From Macrostomum lignano (lineage: Eukaryota): a stretch of DNA of 64,000 nt. A program made the position numbers and the translations under genes. Below are positions 53,657 through 64,000 of the stretch, piece by piece. The notes beneath the pieces were generated by a model. The model did not search any database. It was not told the origin of the DNA and worked only from the letters and a program-made list of their open reading frames with translations. How positions within the stretch are numbered: position 1 is the stretch's first letter; each line of letters opens with the position of its first letter. The stretch lies in assembly GCA_002269645.1 (NCBI GenBank), contig NIVC01002733.1, forward strand, positions 62,001-126,000, given 5' to 3'.

Positions 53657-56169
53657 CAGCGAGTCTCAAGTCAGTCAGCTTGGAGCAGCTTGATTTGTGA
53701 GCAGTTAGACTTTTTCTTGGTTGCCAACTAGAGGTATTTCTGAAAATTTTTGAGTATTTAATCTGTAGTCAGTCTGTATACGCTTGCATTTATAGACAGC
53801 TGCAGCCAATCAGTCGTAGCCAACAAACCGTCCAGTGCAGCAGTGCCAACTTCGGAGACTGGCTTTGAAAGGCGCCCAATAGGTTTCCTAGCATTTTGCC
53901 TCTACACGTAGCTGCTAAACAAGTAAGGAAGTTAATTTTTTTAATTAACTGACTAAAGAGGTTTGTAGGAGACTATTATAAAATAAAAAAGATTTGAAAT
54001 ATGTCGCCAAGTGGAGCCGTGGTCTTGCGCGGCAATCTGATGTGCCAGCTGCCCAGGCTCGATTCCAAGTGCAGTCACAATAATTTGGGGCTACATGTAA
54101 ATTGGAATTGATATTTTGCCACTCGATCGCTCAGACGTACTGGGTCTGGGTGGCGGTTTTCCATGTTGCTGAGTAAAAAAAACAAATAAACAGGTCGGTG
54201 AACGGGCCATCCTGTTGAGTAGTCGAGTCTAGACTCATTTAAAGAGCCATGATGGGGCATTCCATGCATATTCATGCATTGAGGTAATCATTACGCTCGT
54301 ACTAATGCATATACTTGTCCTCCTCCATAAAAATCCATAATCCATATTATGCATTATGCATTAATCCATAATGCATAACCCTCCTCCGAAATCATGTGCA
54401 GGAACCACGAGCAAGTAAAAGGGTTGGCACTCGTCAGTAAGGGTTGGCAGTCCCAGACATGCTCGGTGGGGTTCCTGTCTGGCTTATCTGGGTAGCTGTT
54501 GCTGGGTGCTTGACAAGAAAATGTCCGTCTTTTGCCACAATATAGGAACTTTCTCAGTCTGTTTCAATTGATTGGCATTTAATAAGACAAGAAAGCTGAC
54601 GAAACAATAGAAAGAATAAAAAATTGGTAAATATCAGTGAGTTAAATTCAATCGATCGCACACACAGCCTTTGTCTTCTTGCATTTGTCTCGACTAAGTC
54701 TTCTGAGGGTCGTGTCAACATTGACAAATTGAAACCAGCTCCTACTGAGTCTGACAAGAGGGAATTGCCTCTCTGCTTGCTTTGCTAAAACAATGCGAAT
54801 GGTTTCCCAGACTCTTATTCAGCATTTTGTGCCAGACTGGTTCAAGCTTGACATTTTCGACAAAACTTGTCAGTTTTGTGACTTAGACGCTTTGTGTCGC
54901 AGGCACTCACTTTAGCGCCGCAGGCACTCATTTTGGCGCCGCAAGCACTCATTTTAGCGCTGTAGGCACTCATTTTAGCTTACTCCATACTTTTCGCCGA
55001 AAAATACACTACAGAGATAGGAGTTTTTAATTTTTTCAGCAAAAAAATTGTTATTGCTTTTGATAGGAGGCAGATCCAGTGATCTCTGTAGTGTATTTTT
55101 TCGGCGAAAAGTTGCCTTCAAAACTTTTACCATAGATTTCGAGCGTTGCATCCTTCTACTTAAGTTGTCCCTGACTCGCAAGTGAAAGTCTTGTTGTTTG
55201 GAATGAGCTTTCGCAGCGTACTTTTTACAGTGAATTGGTCTCCTAAAAATTACGATCTTAGGATATTACGACTACAGTGGTCCTTGGCTATAGACTGCAG
55301 CTATGAACAGTGATCCGCCTTGCCCAACGATACGGCACACTGACTTTTTCCTAGTGGGTTAACCGATTTCCAACTGCTGCGGAAGCTGACTGATGCTTTT
55401 GATGAGGCGCTGGAGGGAGCTGGTGTCCGCTTCTGGGCCTCGATCAACAACCCCGTTTGGGCTTAGGATCCGTTCAATAAGGAATGGCTTCTGTCGTCTC
55501 TGTTGTTAAAGTGGATGGCAGAGTAAGATCTAAAGAAAGTGGATGATAGTAATTAGGTGAGGTGTAGAGAGTGAATGGGAGGTTGAGATGTAGAGAGAGA
55601 GAATGGATAGTAGGATGAGATGTAGATAGTGGACAGGATGGTGAGATGTGGAGAGAGGTAGAGAGAGAGAGAGAGAGGGAGAGAGAGAGAAAGGAGGGCA
55701 CTTCTAATCTCAGACACTGACTCGGTAAAAAGGACTTATGAAAGTCAGTTTAGTTTAATTTGCCGATATTTCGAATACTGAATACGAGTATTCTTCGTCA
55801 GGGCAGAATGCGAGTCAAATGTTTTTGGCGCGGATTGCCGTCAATATTAAAAGGCGATAACGCCAGGGAGGGAAATCGATAAAAGGGTGTGCACAAGCGC
55901 ATAAAACAGTACGCATGGCCAAGTACATTAAAACGAGTCAGAGACTCTGAGAAATACAGAGAGGGTGCATGGCGGCCAAAAATTTTTACAAGCGGGACTA
56001 AAAGACCCTTGAGTGTAGGAAAAAAATTGAAAAATAAAAGGCAAAATAAGTAGGCAAGGTTAATAAAAAGTTAGTAAATGTTTAGTACAAAGAGTGCAGG
56101 TCAACCGTAGCTCGTAGTACACAGTGTCAGAAAAACCTTAGAATAAAAAAGCATAGGAAAAAATCATGA

Positions 56170-57534
56170 GCGTGTAGGCTTATCTGCTACGCCACCAGGT
56201 CCACGCCCTTTGCTGGCATGGGGGCCTTCGTTGTTTCGTTGATCTGCCTCTCTCGACCTCTTCGTCAGGGGTGAGGTGGCTGGAACGACGCGGCGTCTAC
56301 TTGATGCCGGCCTTAATTTCCTCTACATGAGAGCACCTGCTAAGCGGAACCTCGTCCCGCATAGCGACCTGTGCCTCAACATTCTCAATGAGTGCCAGGC
56401 CACTAATCGCGTCTTCACCGATGGCATTGTCTCAACCCTAAACCTAAGACAACGCTACTCCGTAGCTATCGACTCGCGCGGTACCATCAATGACCACTGG
56501 AACCCTGATGAGCTTCATTGCTACACCGATGGTTCTAAGCAGTCAGCCAACACCGGCTTTAGTGTTGGGACCTTCCTGAACGATAGGGTCATCGCTACCC
56601 ACGCTCAGTATACTGGGGTCAACTCCAGTGTCTTCCAAAATGAAGTTCTCGCCATCAACACTTGCACTGCAGAGCTCCTCGCCACTGGCGTTACCGGTAA
56701 GAACATCATTTTTCATTCGGACAGCCAAGCTGCCTTGCATGCCATCTGTGGCTGCAGCGTCAACTCTGCTACAGTCCTCGACTGTATCAAACTCCTAAAA
56801 TATGTTGGGCTCCAACAACAAAATTACCCGTTAGTGGATTCCGGGGCATGTAGGGATTCGAGGGAATGAGTTAGCTGACGCCCTTGCAAAAGTTGGCGTC
56901 TCCGGCTCCCCTCTCGGGCCTGAACCCCTTGTCCCGATTCCCGGCTGTGTCATCGACTCGCGTATCAAAGGGAGGATCAGGACCCAGCACCGCTCGGCTT
57001 GGGCGAACTGCACTACCTGCAGACAATCCAGAGGCGCTGTCCCTCAGCCCTCTCACCAGCTCCGGAAGCTCCTCTTGCGCCTCTCGCGCAGAGACATCCG
57101 GGCTGCCACCATGACCCTCTCAGGTCACGGCTGCTTCTCCAGGCAACAGTACCTCCAGGGCAACGCCACCAACGCCATCTGCAGTTTTTGCAACTCAGAT
57201 GACGAAACCGCTGAGCATTTCGTCAGCATCTGTCCCGCCTTCATGCGAGCCAGACTCACTTACCTCGGGCCACACAAGCATCAATTACTGAAGCGTGCAA
57301 ATCCGAAGATTTTAAATCATCTCATGCTCTACCTCCGGGCCACCCGCAGGGCTGAACTCGATCCCTTTCAGAGAGCATCATGGCTGCTGGCGACACTGGG
57401 GGACCTCCCTGGGCGGCGCCAACCCTTCGTCCATAGCGATGCGTCGGCCGTTCAGGGATTAGCGGAATGGCCGTTCGCGCCTTCCCGCTGTCCCCCTCTG
57501 GGACATCCCTGCAGCTAAGTCAAGTAAGTCAAGA
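56170..57534 (+). mobile_element. 5'-truncated non-LTR retrotransposon with RNase H and CCHC finger (I-group, LOA-like)
   Basis: YTDGSK, SSVFQNEVLAI, IIFHSDSQAAL, WIPGHVGIRGNELADALAK, GPEP, CSFCNSDDETAEHFVSICP; frameshift/stop near 56830; 3' tail taagtcaagtaagtcaag. Confidence 0.92.
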
Positions 57535-58015
57535 GGGGGCTACAGAGAGGGAGTGGCGCTAATCTGGAAGGAGTGGTGCTAATCTGGAAGGAGTGGTGCT
57601 ACTCTGAGGGAGTGCAGGTGCTAATCTTGCATTATATTAAGTATTAAGTATGTTAAGTATTATATGCGTTTTTTGCGACAAAGTATCCCAAAAACGATCC
57701 TTATTTGCACGCTGAGTACCAATTTCAACCAAAAAAGAAGCATCATGTCAAACATAAAAGAAGCATCATGTCAAACATAAAAGAAGCGTCAACTCAACCA
57801 TAAAAGACTCATGGAGGAATTCCTGAGATTTCAAGACTCATGAGGGAATTGCTGAAACCTTGTTAACTCATGGGGGCGGGGCTTGCTGAGATGCCAGGGG
57901 TCAATTGGAAGTTGTTGTTAGATCGAAGGGAGAATTAGTGTTAAACCATGGCTTAAAGGGAGTCTTTGATGAGAGCTCACGGAGGGTGCTGATATCTTAT
58001 AGTCTAGATAGCTGG

Positions 58016-58273
58016 CAGGAGCGTCGCCATGGATTTTATGATGGGGGGGACAAAACCAAGAATTCAACATGTACATGTACATCAACTAAATTTTGGCACC
58101 CCAGGCACTCCTTTTGGCGCCGCAGGCGCTATATTTTGGCACCCTGAAGAAAATTATTGATTAACACAATGGGTCACAAGGTGGGGTGGAGGGGAGAAAG
58201 CATTGGCATGTCCGCCCCAAAGCTTTTACTGGGGGGACATGTCCCCCCCTGTCCCCGCGGTCGCGCGCGCCTG
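58016..58273. mobile_element. hAT-type MITE (258 bp) with 8-bp target-site duplication
   Basis: Ends CAGG...CCTG; ATAGCTGG at 58008-58015 and 58274-58281. Confidence 0.9.
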
Positions 58274-59218
58274 ATAGCTGGCTTTCAGGCCTAATGCTTT
58301 TCTGCTTTAAATATCATTAAGATATCAACGATGGGCGACTGTGCAAAGTCAAAACCTACATGTAGTTGATTTATTCCTTTGTTTGCCTCCCCTACGGGGG
58401 CGCAAATTGCTAATCCAAACACTAAATTTACTTTGCAGAACTTGATATTGTTACTGAAGTTGACATCAACGCAGTTTTATACAAAAGTGTGGAGAAACTG
58501 AGCGATTTCTGCTATAGAGTCGATTGTTCCCTATCTAAGCCTAAATTTAGGCTTCGTTTCTAAGCGAGATGGAGATCCGGTTGTGAAACTCAAATAATAA
58601 ATCTAAATGTATAGCAGCTATTTTACTTGTGAGATTTTGCATCCGGGATCGGGCTACGTCAGTGCGACATGTAAAAATTAACTTGGCAACTGCAAACTCT
58701 GATATCTGACCCCGATCCAGACGCGTTCTGTGGACACTGCAAAATAAAGGATCTACATGTAGCTATTATAAGGTCAGCTCCCTAGTTGGAAATCCGATTC
58801 CTTCGAAAGAGCTGGTTTGGCTTTGGACCAAAGATATTCGCTACCTTGGGACAGACCATCCTGATCAGCTACTTGCTCAATCTTACTCTGCTGTCATCCT
58901 GGGTGCGTATTTCCTGAGTAGTAAAATCTTTGCCTGCCGGTGGCTTTCTGTCAACGGAACTGGCGAAATTCTTTGGCGATTCGCTTAGTCGAGATGAATG
59001 TCTTCACTTCTTGAAACGAGAGATAAGGACATAGAATTCAGCATTGCACTGTCGACTGAGTCACACGACAAATTTTAACAAACTCAAGCCTAGGGTAATC
59101 AAAAAGGACAAAGCGTTGGCGTTAGCGAAGGGCAAGTGCATTCTTGAAACTTCTGACGCTAAAACATTGTTAATTTTAACTCTCTGATTCCCGCAGAATT
59201 AAAACAGCCATCGCGATG

Positions 59219-60250
59219 TCAGTACACCTTGACGAACTTGGTCCAGCCCAGGTCGGTCTTGATGGCGTCGCCGACGCTCGAGTCAGCGAAGTCCAGCATG
59301 CGGCAGGCGCCGCTGGCCCGGTTAAACAGGACGGCCCGGCACTCCCAGCGCTGCACGCAGAGCCACAGGCAGTGAAACTTCGAGCTCACCGAGGCGTCAG
59401 TGTAGGGGGCCGTAGCCCAGCGGTAGCGCAGCTACTCTGGTGTGCCAGCGACCCAGGCTCGATTCCAAGTGCAGTCACATTAATTTGGGGCTGAATTGGA
59501 ATCTCGGCTTGGCTCTGCTCGTGCAATTAACGGCCTTGAGAGCCAACCCCCAAGGCGCAGTAAAGTGTACATGCCTAACGATAATATAAAGTTAGGGCCG
59601 CTGTACACTCCTGTGTGAGTGTGTGCCTGCGTACGTATCCGCGCGCTTGTGTGCCTGCTCAGGGGAGTCGGCGGAATGGGCAGTAATGCCTCTCGCCGGA
59701 TGTGTGCCTATGTCACTTAAAGTGCGCCAGGGTGCACACAACCCCCCTGCCTCTAATAAAATAATAAAAGAGGCGTCAGTGTAGCAGTAGACAGGACTGA
59801 TGTTGCCCAGCCTCAGGAACTCCGCTCGCTCCAGGTACATGTACTTGCTGTTCGGCGTCGCGATCGGCTGGCAGACGAACTGTGTACGCCCAGACCCTGG
59901 TTGGTCCCGCAAACCAGCAATGCTGACCGCTAAAAAATCATCATCTGCTGAATAGCGGTTCGGCAAGCCAGACTTCCAGTCGCTGTCATCCAAAGTCGGA
60001 AACAGCGAGCCGTTGGCGAATCTCCAGCCGCTGCGGGACGTGCCCGCCTCAACCAAAGGTCCGTCACTCCGATAAAGTAGTGATCAAGCCAGTGATTGAT
60101 AGCTCGGATGGCAGTCAGGTCCATCAGCAGCTCTCCGCCGATGCTCAGGCACAGTCTGGCTGCGTCGCACCAGCTGGATCGGCTGCTGCTGATGTAGATG
60201 CAGCTGCAGTTTCCTGAATCTCCAGTTTCACTTTGACACAGAGCTGCGCC
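59219..60250 (-). pseudogene. C-type lectin + PAN copy 3, disrupted
   Basis: SINE insertion, 1-bp deletion near 60056 (aaccaaagg vs aaccaggagg), 6-bp in-frame insertion at 59836-59843, divergent N-terminus beyond ~60172. Confidence 0.9.
59406..59769 (+). mobile_element. Full-length tRNA-derived SINE (364 bp) with 15-bp TSD
   Basis: GAGGCGTCAGTGTAG at 59391-59405 and 59770-59784; A/B boxes; tail taataaaataataaaa. Confidence 0.96.
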
Positions 60251-61705
60251 CTATTGATGTCAATCAATTTACTGACAGAAATCAGGCCCTCCAGAAAGGG
60301 CATCTTGTCCCAGAAATAATGGAAAAGTCAGGTGCTCCTATCTGTTTCTCTAGGGGTATCGAAATCAACGTCAATCAGAACCTAAGGAAGCGTCTGAGAG
60401 TATCGGAATCGGTCCAGAAAGGATCCTATCCAATGCCTTAGGAATAAGGAGACCTGTAATTGAGGAATTGACGAAAATCGGTTTATCAATGATAGGCCCA
60501 TAACAACTCTGCTCTTGATAATCAACTAACAAATTAAGACTCACAAAAGGCTTATCGAATGGCATGATTTTGTATGCTGAGAGATGCAGTCCCGGTAGCA
60601 TTCTTCCTCTCTTTCAGTCTTTCTTGGGACTGCTCCGAGTCTGAGGTTTTCGGGCTCTTCGAGCGTTTGTATTAAGGAAACTTTTGCAAAAACACAAGTT
60701 TATTTCAGTTTAGTTTGATGGGGTAAAAACACCAATTCTCAGGAATTTGAGCCTTTGAAAGTTAAATAGCATTTTAGTTAGCGCACAATGGGGTGCGAAG
60801 ACACTGTTTACCCAACGAGCATTTGGTGTCGTGATTCGTTTTTACGCTCTAAGGGGTTATCTTGGTTCATCTCTTGCGTCATACATAGCAACGTGTTTCA
60901 TACTTTTAATTTTCCTGCATATGTTTAGGTTTATTCTACTTATAGTAGCATTTTATGAATGATCAACACTCTATACACAATCAGTTAAACAAAAATTCGA
61001 ACGATTTCTTAGTAATTCGATGGAGAATTTAGAAAATTTTTGCAGTTCCCGAAAACGCCGAATATCCCTGAACACCCCCAGCCTACAGGACACCGCACTG
61101 GTCTGTAGTTCGATAGCAAATCTACATTCTGACAGATCATAAATGGCTTTTAGCGTATAAAATTTTAGTCGTGAAAGTTTTGTAGCTCATCGCTATATTG
61201 TCTCACGAATGAATCAACCTGTCTGCCTTCTCCATAAGTCAGTAAACAGTGAGTTCTAGTTTCTTAGCTAGCTAACCTGGCGAAAAGTTACAGAAAGCTT
61301 TTACCATGGCTTTGAAAACTTCATCAGTCTAGTCAGTGTCTCCTTTGTACTGCCTATCCATCTCCCACGGCTAGCAGTTCAATGGAAGAAATGTGGTGGA
61401 ATTGAGAACCTTACCAAAAGCAAGTATTTACAGTAAAACAGCTAATGGACGACAATGCAACATTGTCAATAATCGAGGGAAAGCCAAGCCAATATGGTTG
61501 TCTACCACTAGTCTTGCTTAGACATTGATGGATCGCAATGGCTGGAATTGTCTACCTGAGTGATATCGAAACCCATCATGTCGAAAATCATTCCCAGTTG
61601 GCGCACATGTTACATTAACCCATTTGAATAGATTGATTTTTTGACGCACAAGGGAAAATAAATTAGGAAGTATCACAGCAGATAAGTGGAGAGGATGTCA
61701 CTCAC

Positions 61706-62114
61706 CTACAATCGCCATGATGACGACTATGCTAAGTCAAACTGGAACCAGCAAAAACAATGCAACCAAAATAGCTGTTTCTGACGATGACGCTCGCAAA
61801 CCTGACTCTAACAGCATGCCAAATATTGAGCTAAATGGTTTGGGAAAATGGTTTCTCATTGGAACAAAATCACCAGTAAATTTATTAGCAAGAGTAGCCA
61901 AAGAAGTAGAGCCTCTGTGTCCTGCATTCGTGCCATGCAATTTAACACTACGTACGCCACTACGTACGATAGTGAATACATTCCTGATGATGAGATACAC
62001 GTCTGAGGAATAGGCATAACTGCTGCCTATTGGATGACATTTCGCTACACTGATGATAAAAATGAGAATGTATAAGCATTGATTAATCCATTGCAAAATG
62101 TGTTTGCAAATCAT
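61706..62114 (-). CDS. Candidate exon of a secreted/membrane protein, possibly pseudogenised
   Basis: Hydrophobic N-terminus; hydrophobic stretch continues past TGA (61737-61739) to a G|GTGAGT donor at 61705; no recognisable family. Confidence 0.25.
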
Positions 62115-62342
62115 TTTGATGAATAAAAGCTTTCTAAAAACTAATAAATTTAGCCCACTTTCACTTGTGACCGGGTACAGGGATTATTTTCCCATTTTCG
62201 AGATCGTATATTTCAGTTCTATCGAACAATAAAAAAGATACATTGAATCGCAAGCTGCAAAGTACATAAGGAATACGCAAACTCCTTCTCAGCTTAATTA
62301 CGAGCGTAAATTGTTTCAAAAGATTTTTTTCTTAATCATCTG

Positions 62343-63047
62343 TCAGTACTTCTTGACGAACTTGGCCCAGCTCGGGTCGGTCTCGATGGCATCGCCGACG
62401 CTCGAGTCAGCGAAGTCCAGCATGCGGCAGGCGCCGCTGGCCCGGTTGAACAGGACGGCCCGGCACTCCCAGCGCTGCACGCAGAGCCACAGGCAGCGAA
62501 GCTCCGAGCTCACCGAGGCGTCAGTGTAGCAGTAGACAGGACTGATGTTGCCCAGCCTCAGGAACTCCGCTCGTCGAAGGTATTCGCTGTTCGGCGTCGC
62601 GATGGCCTGGCAGACGAATGTTTTGTCCCATTTCGGGGGTCTGTCTATCAAGCCCGCTTTGCTGACCGCTACAAAGTCATCGTCTTCCGAAAGGCGGTTC
62701 GGCAAGCCAGACTTCCAGTCGCTGTCATCCAAAGCCGGAAACAACGAGCCGTTGGCGAATCTCCAGCCGCTGCGAGACGTGCCCGCCTCAACCAGGAGGT
62801 CCGTCACTCCGATGTAGTAATAATCAATCCAGTGATTGACGGCTCGGATGGCAGTCAGGTCCATCAGCAGCTCTCCGCCGATGCCCAGGCACAGTCTGGC
62901 TGCGTCGCACCAGCTGGAAACGCTGGGGTTGTTGCCGATGAAGACGCAGCTGCCCAGCCTGTCGATGAACGGAGCGACGCAGGCGGCAGAGGCGATGGCT
63001 GCCAGTCCCGCAAACAGCGTCAGCTTGAGCAGCTGCTTCGGTAGCAT
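62343..63047 (-). CDS. C-type lectin-like + PAN/apple protein, copy 4 (234 aa)
   Basis: Intact ORF; near-identical to copies 1 and 2 except for a divergent patch at ~62567-62694. Confidence 0.88.
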   Translation of the reverse strand: MLPKQLLKLTLFAGLAAIASAACVAPFIDRLGSCVFIGNNPSVSSWCDAARLCLGIGGELLMDLTAIRAVNHWIDYYYIGVTDLLVEAGTSRSGWRFANGSLFPALDDSDWKSGLPNRLSEDDDFVAVSKAGLIDRPPKWDKTFVCQAIATPNSEYLRRAEFLRLGNISPVYCYTDASVSSELRCLWLCVQRWECRAVLFNRASGACRMLDFADSSVGDAIETDPSWAKFVKKY

Positions 63048-63489
63048 CAGCGAGTCTCAAGTCGGTCAGCTTGGAGCAGCTTAATTTGTGAGCAATTTGA
63101 AATATTCTTGGTTGCAAACTAGTGGTATTTCTGCAAAATGTGAGGTTAAATCCACAGTCAGTCTGCACGCTTGGATTTATAGAGAGCTGCAGCCAATCAC
63201 TCGTAGCCAACCAATCGTCCAGTGCAGCAGCGCCGACTTCGGAGACTGGCTTTGAAAGGCGCCCAATAGGTTTCCCAGCATTCTCGTATCTACATGTAGC
63301 TGTGAAGCAAGTAAAGAAATTGAATTCTGTATTTTATTGAGTTAGAAATTTTGTAGGACGCAAGTCCTAAAAGTGCGAACTAGAAAAATATGCTCAACAA
63401 CAATCGAAACTGCTACCCTTCAAGCAAATCGGCATATTTCGCACTTCTATCTGCGAGTGACGCAACTTACAGCACGCTGAAGTCAATAC

Positions 63490-63850
63490 GAACACACCCT
63501 CCATTGGCACTCTACGAACACACTTTCCATTGGCACTCTACGAACACACCCTCCATTGGCACTCTACGAACACACTTTCCATTGGCACTCTACGAACACA
63601 CCCTCCATTGGCACTCTACGAGCACACCCTCCATTGGCACTCTACGAACACACCCTCCATTGGCACTCTACGAACACACTTTTCATTGGCACTCTACGAA
63701 CACACTTTCCATTGGCACTCTACGAACACACTTTCCATTGGCACTCTACGAACACACCCTCCATTGGCACTCTACGAGCACACCCTCCATTGGCACTCTA
63801 CGAACACACCCTCCATTGGCACTCTACGAGCGCACCCTCCATCAGCACTC
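63490..63850. repeat. 26-bp minisatellite related to the 20-bp Tudor-intron repeat
   Basis: Unit ggcactctacgaacacaccctccatt equals the 20-bp unit plus gaacac. Confidence 0.95.
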
Positions 63851-64000
63851 CATGAACTGTTGTGTTTTTCGCTTCTTTGATGAACCAAATTGAATTCGTG
63901 AAGACAAACTACTGCGAGTTGGAAAACTCAATATGAGAGCTCTTGGCTCTCTAGTGCGCTTGTATATTTTCACCTAACGATCGCTGGTTTAAAGCCCCAT

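Noticed and set aside
62567-62694. Diversity-generating retroelement acting on the C-type lectin fold
   Set aside because: No template repeat or DGR reverse transcriptase; the differences are not restricted to adenines. The nearby RT remnants are Penelope and LINE.

Overview
Eukaryotic (metazoan) genomic DNA. The intron style, dense minisatellites and single-exon C-type lectin/PAN gene family suggest a Macrostomum-like flatworm; this organism assignment is an inference. Genes reconstructed by hand with phase-consistent splice sites: a claudin/PMP22-like tetraspan gene (-), a divergent p24/TMED cargo receptor (+), MRPL47, RPL36 and a small Tudor-domain gene (all +). A tandem array of four secreted C-type lectin + PAN/apple genes (-) follows; three are intact and one is disrupted by a SINE. 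Mobile DNA: a tRNA-derived SINE family (one copy with a 15-bp TSD), hAT-type and other MITEs, a 2.8-kb non-autonomous Helitron carrying telomeric repeats, a truncated Penelope element, a truncated RNase H-bearing LINE and a heavily mutated Mutator-like (MULE) transposase. The MULE lies in a ~10.7-kb island almost devoid of CpG. About 20 minisatellite arrays fill introns and intergenic space. Most notable: (1) the CpG-erased, stop-riddled MULE island with possible non-CpG C-to-T hypermutation; (2) patchwork diversification of the lectin paralogs focused on the predicted ligand-binding region; (3) strongly over-represented TACATGTA octamers, two of which align as exact TA-to-TACATGTA insertions like Tc1/mariner excision footprints; (4) an intronic minisatellite of ~76 consensus 5' splice sites. 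All coordinates and counts are manual; no database searches were run.
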